A stretch of 64,000 nt of DNA from Octopus vulgaris (Eukaryota): contig OX597819.1 of NCBI GenBank assembly GCA_951406725.2, forward strand, positions 124,372,001 through 124,436,000, given 5' to 3'. Both the position numbers and the translations under genes were made by a program. Numbering within the stretch: position 1 is the stretch's first letter; every line of letters begins with the position of its first letter. The notes under the pieces were generated by a model. It saw only the letters and a list, made by a program, of their open reading frames with translations, ran no database searches and was not told the DNA's origin. Shown piece after piece: positions 1 through 12,711 of this stretch.

Positions 1-617
1 ATTATAAACAACACAAACACTTTGTAATTAAATATCTTTCAATGTGATACCTGTTAAACAAATTATTTTTATTTAATGAATATTTAGTAAAATCTAATCA
101 TAAGTGAAATTATGCTAAATACAACTAAATTGAAAACCTTTTCCCCTGGCCATATCTGCAATTCTGAAAACTTTTGGGTGCAAATTACCCGAGTAGAAGC
201 TTTTTTTTTTAACAATTTTTATCCTGAAGATCACCTGCGTAAATTACACAGAATAGGGTAAAAACCTATTACATGGGTTTTTAACATGGTATGAATTTGG
301 AACTCTTTTTCTTGTATTGAAATTAAGAATTTTCTGCTTCTTGCTGAATACAAAAGAACCATGCACTATAAAGATCAATATTGTTACTCTTACCATCTGA
401 AAGCATTCTATACTTTATAATTATCTCTCTCAGTTGAACAGGCAGTATTTAGTCATAGAACACCAATACCAGTGCCTGGAGCATTACCCACTTAGAAAAT
501 TCAGCCTCTCAGTTGCATATGATATTTATTCATTATCTTAGAGTATTCTTTAAAACTTTCTGAAAAGGTTGTGTTGCAATGAATTGAGTTTTTTTTTTTC
601 TTTTCTTTTTTTTCCAG

Positions 618-785
618 AGGGATGAATGAGTTGAAAAATTTACAGTATTTACCTCGTGCATCAGAACCACGGGAAATTTTAGTGGAGGACAGAACTCGTT
701 GCCATGCTGACCATGTGGGACATGGATTTGATAGGCGCACAACTGCAGCTGTAGGGGTACTGAAAGCTGTCAATAAACCAAAAGA
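618..785 (+). CDS. RSBN1: RSBN1/RSBN1L-like (lysine demethylase 9 family), internal coding exon
   Basis: Polypyrimidine tract + AG at 616-617, GT donor at 786. Encodes GMNELKNLQYLPRASEPREILVEDRTRCHADHVGHGFDRRTTAAVGVLKAV, recognisable as the conserved RSBN1 domain. Upstream exons lie outside the window. Confidence 0.9.
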
Positions 786-910
786 GTATGGTTTCTTTCA
801 TTGTTTTGCCAAATTAGAATTTTCAATTCATTACTGTTGATTTTCTTTTGATCTTTCTTTTCAAAAATTATTCTCGCTGGAATAACACATCCAATGTTCT
901 AATTTTACAG

Positions 911-1022
911 AATTCCAAAGCAGAACAGAATTGTTAAAGATGTGATCTGTTTCCACCCAGGAGATTTCCTTGAATTAGTTAATAAGATGCAACTTGATTT
1001 ACATGAACCCCCTGTATCACAA
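911..1022 (+). CDS. RSBN1: RSBN1-like internal coding exon (not in ORF track)
   Basis: ttttacAG acceptor at 909-910, GTAGGT donor at 1023. Phase-2 join with the previous exon gives [38 protein letters not shown], matching the RSBN1 motif KDVICFH...[10 protein letters not shown]. Confidence 0.9.
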
Positions 1023-1525
1023 GTAGGTATCATAAACTTATTCAAATTGTACATTTGCTGTTCTAGTAGGGAAGAAGGTTAAACATTTATGTTTGATTAC
1101 AGTTGATATAAATTCTAAGAGTAGAGCCTTCGATTCCAGTAATACAAACATTAGCTTTCTAACAAGAAGTCTGTTGGCATGAAAAATATAGGTTGTGTCT
1201 TTAGTGACCTTTTGTCAAGCTACTGTTTTGGTCCTTAATCCTTCGCAATTTTATCTTTATTTTGCTGGAATTAAATCTTGAATGAAATTATTGCTGCTTC
1301 ATGTTTAATCTGCCTTTGTAGTTGAGACTAGTCACATAGACAGGTGCAGGTAATTTGAGTCAAAGAGATGAAGGCAACTAAATTGAAGGGATACAACAAA
1401 CCTACTAAATCTGTAACGGCAGCAAAAGAAAGAAAAATATAAAAATCTCAAGAAACATACATTAATTCATACACTTTAGTCCAACTTCAGAAATCTATAA
1501 TGCAAGATCTAAAAATCTATACTAA

Positions 1526-1763
1526 GGCGGCGGCGAGCTGGCAGAAACGTTAGCATGCCAGGCGAAATGCGTAGCCGTAATTTCGTCTGCTGTTAGGTTG
1601 TGAGTTCAAATTCCGCTGAGGTCAACTTTGCCTTTCATCCTTTCGGAGTCGATAAATTAAGTACCAGTTACGCACTGGGGTCGATATAATCGACTTAATC
1701 CGTTTGTCTGTCCTTGTTTGTCCACTCTGTGTTTAGCCCCTTGTTGGTAGTAAAGAAATAGGT
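1526..1763 (+). mobile_element. tRNA-derived SINE family B (Meta-domain-like body), intronic
   Basis: A-box-like TGGCAGAAACGTTAG, B-box GAGTTCAAATTCC, body GCCTTTCATCCTTTCGGGGTCGATAAATTAAGTACCAG, tail AAAGAAATAGG. Many copies in the window. Confidence 0.85.
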
Positions 1764-1871
1764 ATACCATGATATTAAAACATTATATGAAGTATGACAT
1801 TTGTTTTTTCCTAAATTTTCATTCTTGTAAAACTATCATATAAATCAAAATTCTATTGTTCTGTTTTCTAG

Positions 1872-4304
1872 TGTGTTACCTGGGTGGAGGATGCAAAATT
1901 GAACCAGTTGCATAGAGAAGGTATCCGTTATGCACGTATTCAACTCCGACATAATGATATCTATTTTATCCCAAGGAATGTTGTACACCAGTTCAAAACT
2001 GTGTCAGCAGTTACAAGCATTGCTTGGCATGTGAGATTACGCAGCTACTATCCTGATCTTCAAACTGATGATGAGGACGAAGCAGATAAAAACAAAGAAG
2101 AACCTATGGAACAAGAAAGCTCTGTTAAGCAAGAACCTTCAGTTCACAATGTAAAGTCAGAAGACCCTGAAGCCAAGCAGCTAACTCCTGATAATCATAC
2201 ACATTCATCACATCCACAAAAGCAGCCACATGAATCTGTACCATTAGCTCCACAAACCATAGTCTGTCATACCAAGTCAGAATCAATTTCTAAAAGCCAT
2301 CATGATTCCCAGTCTGTGATTCCTGATTCCAGTGGCAAACACCACAAGAAAGCATCTGGTTGTAAACTGGAATTGTCAGGGAAAAAAGAGCATTCTGTTA
2401 CCAAAAAGGAGCCTTCATTCACACATAAGGAGCCAAGTTCTTCTGTGAGCAAATCTGAAAGAAAGATTTCAGGACATGATCATCCTTCTATGAAACGAGA
2501 CAGTTCTTCAGTAACACAAAATCCAGTACACAAACATAAGAGTCCTTCAGTTTCAAAATATTCTTTTGTTAAATCTGAGCATTCTAGCAAAGCACAAATT
2601 CCAACTATAGTTACACAAGATTATTCCCACACTGCTAAACAAAAATCTCTGTCATGCACACAAAATCCTTTTAAAAAGCAAGAATCATTATCAAAATCTA
2701 CATTTTCTGTGACCAAACCTGAATTTTTATCTTCAGAATCCAAACCACACACTAAACACGAAGCATTTAAAATAGCTACAAAACCTTCTGTTACTAAACA
2801 TGAATCATCAAAATCAGGGCTTGGGTCCAGTTTTGTCCCCAAAGTTTCAAAATCAGATTCTCATTCTAATTTCAGTCATAAAGATTTCTCTTCAATGTCT
2901 AAACATAAACAAGTGTCAACAAGTTCAAAACATAGCAAGAGTGAAACAGTTACCTCTTCTTGGGATTTAAATGTTTGTGAAAAATCTTCCCCTCAATGTC
3001 TTGCTGCCACAGAATCTTCTAGTTCAGTAGCCACAGCTCATGATCACAAAAAAGAGAGTTTAATGCCAACATCAGTTACTGAAGCTACTCCTCCACAAGA
3101 TCCCCATGCTGTGTTGTCAGCAAATGTGTCTGAAGCAAACAAATCTTCATCAGTGAAAGAATTTCAAAAAGAAACTGCTCCTGTTGCAATTCCTAAAAAA
3201 CAATTTCCAACAGTGTCAGAGGCTAATATTGAACCAAAAGCAGAGCTGTGTGTAGTTGCTCAGAAAGAGATGCCTTCATGTGTGCCATCACCAAATCTGG
3301 CCCATAAAGAGATATCTGTTTCAGTGCCAACATCAAATGTGACTGAAAGGGAAACTAGTTTAATACCAAGCCCTACTATTAACAAAGAGTCTGAACACCA
3401 TACTGTTACTCAACCCAGGTCCTTAGATGTATCACGTATTGATCACCCCAAAGCACAATCAGTTATAGCAGAACCCAAACCAACAACTAGCTTGTCATGT
3501 TCACTGAAAACTGAGAAAACTCCTAGTTTTCCTTCAGAAGTGAACAAGGATTTAACCTCTGTTGAAATGTCTACCCCTAAAAAGGAATCATCTAGTATAA
3601 AATCTCAACCCATTGTTTCAGTAGAAAATAACAGTCAGAAGGATGCAAAACCTCACCAAAGCTCGACTGAAATATTTCCAGTTGAACACAACACAAAAAA
3701 AAGATTAGAATTGCCCGCCCCAGAAAACTTAGCCATCATCAATCCCATCAGCAGTTATTTTCCCTCAGAGCCATCTAAAAATCAAACTCTAGTTGATACT
3801 CCAAGCTCATTGCCATCTCCAAGTACTCCTCAGCCAACTACTATTGAATCTTGCACAATCATTTGTAAATCTAAGCCTACATCATTAGAATCTTGTGAAG
3901 TTATTTCTGAAGAAACAGTTCAAGAAATGGTCATACAAGAATCAACTAGTCCAGAAAAGCTTATTACAGTACACCAATCAGCTTTTCAGTCAGCTGGTGT
4001 TGATCTCACTTCTACTGGAAACAATAACCCTGCCTCATCTCAACAGTTGCCTGTGATTGAAATGCCCCCATCGCACTTTGTTGATGTTCATGAAAGTGTT
4101 AGTGTTGACCAAGATATCTCCAAAGCACAGCCAGCATCAACTACACAGCAGTTTCTTAGGAAGATGTACGATGCCAGCATCAAACCTGAAGACACTCTCA
4201 TTGAACACCAGTATCTCCCTTCCAAGCCTGAACAATCCACAACCAGATATGTTCCTGAGACACATCAACATTGTGAAGAGTCTCCAATGGATACAGATAC
4301 TTGA
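1872..4304 (+). CDS. RSBN1: RSBN1-like terminal coding exon with long Ser/Lys/Pro/Glu-rich tail
   Basis: ttttctAG acceptor at 1870-1871, phase 0. [56 protein letters not shown] completes the conserved domain. Open frame to TGA 4302-4304. Confidence 0.9.
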   Translation, partial: CVTWVEDAKLNQLHREGIRYARIQLRHNDIYFIPRNVVHQFKTVSAVTSIAWHVRLRSYYPDLQTDDEDEADKNKEEPMEQESSVKQEPSVHNVKSEDPEAKQLTPDNHTHSSHPQKQPHESVPLAPQTIVCHTKSESISKSHHDSQSVIPDSSGKHHKKASGCKLELSGKKEHSVTKKEPSFTHKEPSSSVSKSERKISGHDHPSMKRDSSSVTQNPVHKHKSPSVSKYSFVKSEHSSKAQIPTIVTQDYSHTAKQKSLSCTQNPFKKQESLSKSTFSVTKPEFLSSESKPHTKHEAFKIATKPSVTKHESSKSGLGSSFVPKVSKSDSHSNFSHKDFSSMSKHKQVSTSSKHSKSETVTSSWDLNVCEKSSPQCLAATESSSSVATAHDHKKESLMPTSVTEATPPQDPHAVLSANVSEANKSSSVKEFQKETAPVAIPKKQFPTVSEANIEPKAELCVVAQKEMPSCVPSPNLAHKEISVSVPTSNVTERETSLIPSPTINKESEHHTVTQPRSLDVSRIDHPKAQSVIAEPKPTTSLSCSLKTEKTPSFPSEVNKDLTSVEMSTPKKESSSIKSQPIVSVENNSQKDAKPHQSSTEIFPVEHNTKKRLELPAPENLAIINPISSYFPSEPSKNQTLVDTPSSLPSPSTPQPTTIESCTIICKSKPTSLESCEVISEETVQEMVIQESTSPEKLITVHQSAFQSAGVDLTSTGNNNPASSQQLPVIEMPPSHFVDVHESVSVDQDISKAQPASTTQQFLRKMYDASIKPEDTLIEHQYLPSKPEQSTTRYVPETHQHCEESPMDTDT

Positions 4305-5021
4305 CATTTTAATTAATGATCCCACTTACTAATATTCCAGGAACAAGTGGGGCTAATTTTCGCTAAATTATGTAAATTTCAAACTTTACTGTTTGGATTT
4401 TAGTGGCTGCTCTTCTAACCACAACTATGATACAGTCCCAACTCAACAGTAAAAATATCCCAAACTCCCTATTTTAATGAACAGTGTTTTTTTTTTTGTT
4501 CTTTTATTTAATTTTTTTCATTTTATTTAGCTTATCTATTCCTCTACTTTTTCCTTATTTCCCCTCTCTCCATCTATCTCTCTATCACACTTTCTCTCTC
4601 TCTCTCTCATTCTTTACTTTCACATTTGCAATGCCCAAACTTATTCTGCATATACATTCTTTCAATATATTTTACCTTTTCCACTAAGCTGCTGCTGCTA
4701 TTTCATTTGATTCATTTCAATCTTATTAATATATATGATGCTCCCCTATTCCCAGTTTTTATAACACTTGTTTATCTTTTAAATTAGATTGTTATCTTTG
4801 AGCAAAAGGAAAAGAAAATTAGATGGGCCTGATGAATTCAGGACAAAAATTGTTGATTTTTATTCAATTTTGTTTTATTTCCCTATCTTATTTTATCTTC
4901 ATATGGGTGACTATAAAAAGTTTGCTAAAATCAATTGTTGTGTATATAATAATATATATATAGCTTTCATCTATGTGTGTGTGCATGTATGTGTGTGTGT
5001 GTATTCATATGTATTTTATAA

Positions 5022-5027
5022 AATAAA
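5022..5027 (+). terminator. Candidate polyadenylation signal AATAAA for RSBN1
   Basis: AATAAA ~720 nt after the stop; another at 5538-5543. Motif only. Confidence 0.3.
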
Positions 5028-5626
5028 GTTTGACAGTGATTTCAAGGTTTTGCCTTACCAGCCATCGTCAGACTGTTGATAGGTGGGCAAGTAAAGCCAA
5101 AACTTTTGAAGTCACTGTCAAGTTTGTCTTTGTAAAATATATATATATGATACTCTACTGAAAATTATTGAGTGATCCTTCAATTAATGTTCAACTGTTT
5201 TGATAAATTTTACATAAAAAAAAAACAAAACATTAATCAGTTCACATATATGTATGAGTGTGTTTGTGTGCATGTGTGTATAAGACATACACACACACAT
5301 TCACACACACATGCACATATACATACATCATACACTCACACACTCACATGCGCACACACACACACCTACATGCACACACTCTTTCTTAATCTCCAAGTGA
5401 AACAGCTAGAACAGCTGCTGAAGTTGAATTGTTTCTGACACAGTCCAATGTCTCATTCTGACCATCAACTGTGGCATAACAACCTACATTACTGTATGGT
5501 AGTTTCTTCATAACTTCCATATGGGTTTATTATTTAAAATAAATACTATGGTCATATTCATCTGTTATTTAGTGTTTTTTATTCTTAACCTGTTCACTTA
5601 TTTTGTCTTTGGTTTTATCACATTTA

Positions 5627-5812
5627 TGTGTCGGTGGCACATAAAATCACCCACTACACTCTCGGAGTGGTTGGCGTTAGGAAGGGCATCCAGCTGTAGA
5701 AACACTGCCAGATCTGACTGGCCTGGTGCAGCCTTCGGGCTCCCCAGACTCCAGTTGAACCGTCCAACCCATGCTAGCATGGAAAGCGGACATTAAACGA
5801 TGATGATGATGA
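5627..5812 (+). mobile_element. RTE-clade LINE 3' tail (family A)
   Basis: GAGTGGTTGGCGTTAGGAAGGGCATCCAGCTGTAGAAAC...CCATGCTAGCATGG...(GAT)n. The same tail follows RTE ORF2 at 32170, 50935 and 59470. Confidence 0.85.
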
Positions 5813-5835
5813 ATAATGTAACTTTATTGTAATTA

Positions 5836-6145
5836 TTTCATTTTTGGATATGGTTTGCAAGATTCTTTACATGAGTTTGTGTGTTGAAGCATATTCTGTT
5901 GTGTCTGGGGAGAGTCATTTTCTTTTTGTGCCTTATAATATAACACACTCACCGGTAAAATTCCCACTTTTTTCTTATTTTTATTTTCCTAAAATTTTCA
6001 TTGCGTCTTGCAACCTTTTCAATAGTTTTTTGACTATTGAGTCAAAACTATTGAAAAGGTTGCAAGACGCAATGAAATTTTACCGGTGAGTATGTTATAT
6101 TATAAGGCACAAAAAGAAAACGACTCTCCCCAGACACAACAGAAT
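5836..6145. mobile_element. Short fold-back PLE-like (pseudo-LTR) insertion with hammerhead fold
   Basis: Inverted repeats 5893-5962/6076-6145 and 5991-6035/6040-6081. TSD TATTGTAATTA at 5825-5835 and 6146-6156. Confidence 0.7.
5989..6025 (-). ncRNA. Minimal type I hammerhead ribozyme-like motif, U3:A8 core variant
   Basis: Minus strand reads CTA-TTGAAAA-G-GTTGC aagac GCAAT-GAAA-ATTT-TAG: stem I CTA/TAG, core UUGAAAA...GAAA, stem II, palindromic stem III. Confidence 0.5.
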
Positions 6146-6589
6146 TATTGTAATTACTTTTCTTTCTTTATCCTTTGTAACTCAACTGGTGTGGAAGTTG
6201 TGAGGCCAGTAGACCTGGTGGATAGACTTGAACTGAAAGTTATGGAATGGAAAACAGCTTTATGTCAAATCAGGTTTTCACACTGATAAATACCAACCCC
6301 CGTTCTCTTTAGCAACTAGAAAAAAGTTCCTTTCCATATAATTCCTTCTTTGTCATAATGTTGCAACATGTTACATGCCTCATAGCCCAGCAGCCCTGAA
6401 AAATACTTACAATTTTCTTGGAACAACTGTGCAGCCAGTTAAAGAGATTTGTGTTCTTATCCCAGGGGATTAGGAATAAAATTAATCTTAACAGGTTTTA
6501 AATTACAAAATGAAAATATTAGTAATTTATTAATATTGCTTTTTCTTCATAATGTTTTCTTCTTAGCTTTTTCATTCTTCCTTGCATTA

Positions 6590-7084
6590 TCGAGTGTGAT
6601 CGTTACCAGCGGCTAACCGACCTCCGTGCCAGTGGCACATAAAAGGGCACCATTCGAGCGTGATTGTTACCAGCGTCGCCTTACTGGCACTTGTGCCTGT
6701 GCTAGTAGGGCACCAAGAGCACCATCCGAGCGTGATCGTTGCCAGAGCAACCAACTGGCTTCTGTACCAGTGGCATGTAAAAGGGCACCATTCAAGCGTG
6801 ATCGTTACCAACGTCGCCTTACTGGCACCTGTGCCGGTGGCACGTGTAAAAGGATTCGAGTGAGGTCGTTGCCAGTATTGCCTGAATGGCCCCTGTGGTG
6901 GTGGCACGTAAAAAGCACCCACTACACTCTCGGAGTGGTTGGCATTAGGAAGGGCATCCAGCTGTAGAACTCTGCCAAATCAAGACTGGAGCTTGGTGCA
7001 GCCATCTGGTTCGCCAGCCCTCAGTCAAAATCGTCCAACCCATGCTAGCATGGAAAGCGGATGTTAAACGATGATGATGATGAT
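6590..7084 (+). mobile_element. RTE 3' UTR with tandem modules + tail (family A)
   Basis: Repeated GTGCCGGTGGCAC-TAAAA-GCACC units, conserved tail, (GAT)n. Confidence 0.85.
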
Positions 7085-7560
7085 CTTTACATTGTTTCAG
7101 CTAGAGGCTTCTATAATGCTCACTATGACAGATTAACAGTTCGACATTTCAGTTGGATCTCATCAATTCAGAACAGTAATCATCTTGCGAGAGACAGATA
7201 GGTCAAGACAACATATCTGTTGGACAGATATTTCATGTTCTTGTCCTGTGTATTGGACTTTCTTGGGATAATTTTATGAAGAAATGAAAATAAAATTAAA
7301 TGCCTCAAGGCAAATATTTACAGAGAGAGAGTAGTTATGAATAGTCATTATATTGTTGGTATTTATTTTATGAGCGTGAAAAATGAATCGAAATGGAAAC
7401 CAAGTAACGGCGGCAGCAGTCGTGGAACAGCATGCGATTGCTGAAGCTCAGAAAATGTTGGGACGAAACTAATATTTCTGAAAACTTGCTGTCCTTGGCT
7501 GAAATAATTTGTCTCCTGCTCACAATTTATACACTAACTGGCACTATGACCCAGCAACGC

Positions 7561-7746
7561 CAGCACGTAAAAAGCACCCACTACACTCACGGAGTGGTTG
7601 GCATTAGGAAGGGCATCCAGCTGTAGAAACACTGCCAGATCAGACTGGAGCCTGGTGCAGCCTTCTGGCTTCCCAGACCCCAGTCGAACCGTCCAGCCCA
7701 TGCTAGCACAGAGAACGGATGTTAAACGATGATGATGATGATGATG
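7561..7746 (+). mobile_element. RTE 3' tail (family A)
   Basis: Conserved tail and (GAT)n. Confidence 0.85.
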
Positions 7747-8117
7747 TTGTGCACTGAGATATTCATCACTATCTTTTGTAAAATCAGTGAATTTTAGTAG
7801 TCAGTTGAATTGATGCAGTGCTTACTGTTGACCCAAGGGAGATGAAAGGAATAGCTGAACTTGGGGTTTTAACTCAGAATGTAAAATAAGATAAAAAACT
7901 AAATGTAATATATTCAGTTTGATACAATACTAATATGACTACCTCCACCAAATAAAATAGCTTCAACTGGGAATTGAAACCATTTTGCATGACCAATGGC
8001 AACACCAGAGTTCCAAGTATTGAAGAGAATTCAAAAAAGAAAGGTCATTCACAGGTAACTGTCTCTGTTAATCTGGTAATCTAGTACTTTAACTTCATGA
8101 TGCATCACCTGATGGGA

Positions 8118-8604
8118 AGGCGGTGAGCTGGCAGAAATGTCAGCATGCCGGGCGAAATGCTTAGCAGTATTTCGTCTGCCGTTATGTTCTGAGTTCAAAT
8201 TCCGCCGAGGTCGACTTTGCCTTTCATCCTTTCGGGGTCGAGAAATTAAGTACCAGTTACGCACTGGGGTCGCATTCTGAGTTCAAATTCCACCGAGGTC
8301 TACTTTGCCTTTCATCCTTTCGGGGTCGAGAAATTAAGTACCAGTTACGCACTGGGGTCGCATTTTGAGTTCAAATTCCGCCGAGGTCGACTTTGCCTTT
8401 CATCCTTTCGGGGTTGAGAAATTAAGTACCAGTTACGCACTGGGGTCGCATTCTGAGTTCAAATTCCGCCGAGGTCTACTTTGCCTTTCATCCTTTCGGG
8501 GTTGAGAAATTAAGTACCAGTTACGCACTGGGGTCGATGTAATCGACTTAATCCGTTTGTTTGTCCTCTCTGTGTTTAGCCCCCTTGTGGGTAATAAAGA
8601 AACA
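8118..8604 (+). mobile_element. SINE family B with an internal 88-bp unit present four times
   Basis: Units start at 8187, 8275, 8363 and 8451; normal head and tail. Confidence 0.85.
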
Positions 8605-8615
8605 GATATGTCACC

Positions 8616-8755
8616 TGATGGTTATGGTGTTGACCTCGTGATCATAAGGTCATGAGTTCAACTCTGAGGCCAGGCAACATGTTATCCTTGAGCAAGAAAC
8701 TTCATTTCATGTTGCCCCAATCTACACAGTTGAAAGCGAGTACCAGCCAGTCTTG
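8616..8755 (+). mobile_element. Old tRNA-derived SINE remnant (CORE-like CCTTGAGCAAG)
   Basis: TGGTTATGGTGTTGACC...GAGTTCAACTC head followed by TCCTTGAGCAAGAAACTTCATTTC. Confidence 0.5.
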
Positions 8756-9046
8756 GAGCAGTCCTCTCTTCCTTTAAGGTACCATGTCCTCAATGTTCTG
8801 CTGGGCTGAGAGAATGTCTAGGTTTACTCACAACTACATAAAACAATTAGTGAAAGCACATCACTCGCTATCAAGTCGCAGTTACTTGTGAGTGACAGCT
8901 GTGCTTTTATTTCTTTTAGCAACAAATATTTAAGCACATGATCAATGAGAAGTAGTTCAATAACTCACTCTCCTAATCGCAAAACTTACACAAATACCTT
9001 ACACTTCTAGTCAAAAGTAATACATTCACACAAGATCTTTTACTAT

Positions 9047-10000
9047 GCGGTCATTGTCAGTACCGCCTGACTGGCCCCCGTGTCGGTGGCACATAAAAAG
9101 CACCCACTACACTCTCAGAGTGGTTGGCATTAGAAAGGGCATCCAGCTGTAGAAACTCTGCCAAATCAAGATTGGAGCCTGGTGCAGCCATCTGCTTCGC
9201 CAGACCTCAGTCAAAATCGTCCAACCCATGCTAGCATGGAAAGCGGACATTAAACAATGATGGTGATAGTCAACATGCACTTTATTTCTCTTTTAATACA
9301 TTGTAAAACTATCTTCTCTTGTCTATTTGATAATTTCTACAGTCTTCTTCTTCACATCGCTATTCTATTAACTATTTAAATTAACATGTTAACAAAAAAT
9401 GTTTTGAGGTGAGAAGGCTGATATTTTAAACCTTCATTGTTTTGGACGTTCTGTTTCCAATAAAAAGTGTTCATTTGAAATTGTCTTTACTACTTTTAAC
9501 AGCACACCAACATTTATTTGGTTATAAGTAAAATCAAAAGTCAAATCACAAGCAAAAGTGAAAATTGTACTTGTGGCCATTGCCAGTGCCGCCTGACTGG
9601 CTCCCCGTACTGGTGGCACATAAAAAGCACCATCTGAACATGGTCAATGCCAGCCCTCCTTCTCCGACTGGCTCCCCGTACTGGTGGCACATAAAAAGCA
9701 CCATCCGAACATGGTCAATGCCAGCCCTCCTGCCCCGACTGGCTCCTGTACTGATAGCACCTAAAAAGCACCATCCGAACATGGCTGATGCCAGTGCCAT
9801 CAGACTGGCTCCCCATGCTGGTGGCACGTAAAAAGCATCCACTACACTCTCAGAGTGGTTGGCATTAGGAAGGGCATCCAGCTGTAGAAACATAGCCAGA
9901 TCAGATTGAAGCCTGATGCGGCCTCCTGGCTTGCCAGTCCCCATTCAAACCATCCAACCCATACCAGCTAGAAAACGGACGTTAATGATGATGATGATGA
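9047..10000 (+). mobile_element. Two RTE 3' UTR/tails (about 9047-9268 and 9575-10000)
   Basis: Family A modules, tails and (GAT)n. Confidence 0.8.
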
Positions 10001-10338
10001 TTTCCAAGTCAGTTTTTGCAACTGTCTTTGTCCTTAATCTCACCTTGAAGGCATTTATATTTGAGCAACACAAATTATCACTTTCATTCCATTCTCCTTT
10101 ATTCTGACCAGTTAGGTAACAGTTGTAGCTAGCTAAATTAATTTATAAATTGTTGCATTATTTGTTACAACCTGTGCTGTGAGTATCATTATCTTGCAGT
10201 GCTGAGTCCATATTTCAAGGAAGCAGTAATCAGATAAATATTTGTGTTGACTTACCTCTGTGTTACCTTTACAATTAGTATCTGCAGCAACAAATTCATA
10301 TTTTCCTGGATGTAAATAGAAGCTCATTACTTGAATCA

Positions 10339-10434
10339 TTAGAAGAAACATTTGAGAGAGAAAAAATCAACCCAGCTCATATAATTTCTTTCTACAACAT
10401 TGGTGTGGTGCTTTATTGCTTTAAAAACTTCTAC
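10339..10434 (-). CDS. Possible terminal coding exon of an unidentified - strand gene
   Basis: CCTTACCTTCTAATTTAG acceptor, then VEVFKAIKHHTNVVERNYMSWVDFFSLKCFF*. Non-repetitive sequence, but no homology recognised. Confidence 0.2.
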   Translation of the reverse strand, partial: VEVFKAIKHHTNVVERNYMSWVDFFSLKCFF

Positions 10435-10737
10435 CTAAATTAGAAGGTAAGGTTTGTGAAGAGCATAGCTAATCTATTAACAAAACCGTGACCTAATTGT
10501 CAATACTTGCTGTTTGTAGCTATTTCACTTATAGAGACAGATATAAATGCCATTAATGCCTCAATACCAACCCCCTTATAAATATGAGGTCATACCCTAG
10601 ATATCTGACATTGTACATCATATCTATATCTCATAAAGTGAGCATAATATAACAGACAAGTATTTAGCGATTCCCGTTAATAGCTTTCATTTTCCTTGTA
10701 TTGTTCTTTGTTGGGAAAGGCACAATCATTGTAACAA

Positions 10738-11122
10738 CTCTTTTACTTGTTTCAGTCATTTGACTGCGGCCATGCTGGAGCACCGCCTTTAATCGAGCAA
10801 CTCAACCCCGGGACTTATTCTTTTGTAAGCCCAGTACTTATTCTTTCGGTCTCTTTTGCCGAACCGCTAAGTGACAGGGGACATAAACCACACCAGCATC
10901 GGTTGTCAAGCAATGCTAGGGGGACAAACACACGCATATATATATATATACATATATACGACGGGCTTCTTCAGTTTCCGTCTACCAAATTCACTCACAA
11001 GGCATTGGTCGGCCCGAGGCTATAGTAGAAGACACTTGCCCAAGGTGCCATGCAGTGGGACTGAACCCGGAACCATGTGGTTGGTAAACAAGCTACTTAC
11101 CACACAGCCACTCTTGCGCCTG
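10738..11122 (-). mobile_element. tRNA-derived SINE family C (CORE-like, internal (TA)n)
   Basis: Head GTGGCTGTGTGGTAAG...GGTTCAGTCCC, CCTTGGGCAAGTG, tail GACTGAAACAAGTAAAAGA. Confidence 0.85.
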
Positions 11123-11309
11123 TATAAAAATATATATATTTGAAGCCTGAAGCATCAACAGCCTACTCAATCCTAAAATCACCATTTAAAATACATGCTG
11201 TCAAATCAAAGGAGCTAAAAATAGCAACCAAATCTCCCTTAAATGATGCCATACGATTTTGGAGCAAGAAGGACATTGGATGATGTAATTCTAGATATGC
11301 AATAACTAG

Positions 11310-12341
11310 ACAGAGCGGCTAACCAGCTTCCGTGCCAGTGGGACTTAAAAGGCACCATTCGAGCATGATCGTTACCAGTGTCACCTTACTGGCACTCGAG
11401 CCCCGTGCTAGTAGGGTATTAAGAGCACCATCCAAGCGTGATCGTTGCCAGAGCGACTATCTGGCCTCCGTGCTGGTGGCACATAAAAGACACCATTCGA
11501 GCGTGATTGTTACCAGCATCGCCCACTGGCACGTGTAAAAGGTTTGAGCAAGGTCGTTGCCAGTACCGCCTGACTGGCCCCCTGCAGGTGGCACGTAAAA
11601 AGCACCCACTACACTCTCAGACTGGTTGGTGTTAGGAAGGGCATCCAGCTGTAGAAACATACCCAGATCAAGATTGAAGCCTGGTGCAGCCATCTGGTTC
11701 ACCAGCCCTCAGTCATTCGTTCAACCCATGCTAGCATGGAAAGCAAACATTAAACGATGATGATGATGAAGAAAAGGTCAGGGTATCATAACTAACGCCA
11801 TTGACCATAGACCTGCTTCGTTAGAGCTGATGAGAGGCAAAACAGCAATAATAAAGCTACTTCTTCAGTATTTTTTTTTTATCAAAATCCAATATGAGCA
11901 TCTATATTTTTTTTATTACTATACTATATTGCAACTCTCTATATGGCAAAGGATTAAAAAGTTAAAATTAGCATAATTAGATAAATAAAGTAAATAAATA
12001 AAATTTTGAAAATAAGTTATTTCCTGAATAAAATAAAAAGGAAATGGATCGACAATAACTTTTATTGTTTACTTGTTTCAGCACCATCCGAGCGTGGCCA
12101 ATGCCAGTGCCACCTTGACTGGCTTCTGTGCTGGTGGCATGTAAAAAGCACCAACCGATTGTGGCACGTAAAAAGCACCCACTACACTCACGAAGTGGTT
12201 GGCGTTAGGAAGGGCATCCAGCTGTAGAAACACTGCCAGATCAGACTGGAGCTTTGTGCAGCCTCCTGGCTTCCCAGACCCCGGTCGAACCGTCCAACCC
12301 ATGCTAGCATGGAAAACGGACGTTAAACGATGATGATGATG
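11310..12341 (+). mobile_element. Two RTE 3' UTR/tails (about 11310-11768 and 12079-12341)
   Basis: Family A modules and tails. Confidence 0.8.
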
Positions 12342-12711
12342 TAAATCCTACAAGATAGCATGTGGAGAAAAAAACAGTTGATTATAACCAAAACTTATAC
12401 TTGATTGGTATTTCATTTTATTAACCCAGATGGATGAAAGGCAAAGTCGACCTTTGTGAGATTAGAACTTAAAGAACCAGAATAAATACTGATGCCCTAA
12501 CGATAAATGATAATAATGGTCTCTAATTTAATTACATAGTAGCAATTTTATAGGAAGAGGGTTCGTTAACGAAATTGGCACTCGTGTTTGGTATTTTATT
12601 TTATTGACTCCAGAAGGATGAGAAGCTAAGTTGGCTTTGGCAAAAGAAGTACTGCAAGGAATTTGGTGGGATGCTCTAATGATTCTGCCAACCATTACCC
12701 TAATGATAATA

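Noticed and set aside
7383-7472. Short CpG-rich ORF MNRNGNQVTAAAVVEQHAIAEAQKMLGRN
   Set aside because: 29 aa, no recognisable homology or splice/promoter support.
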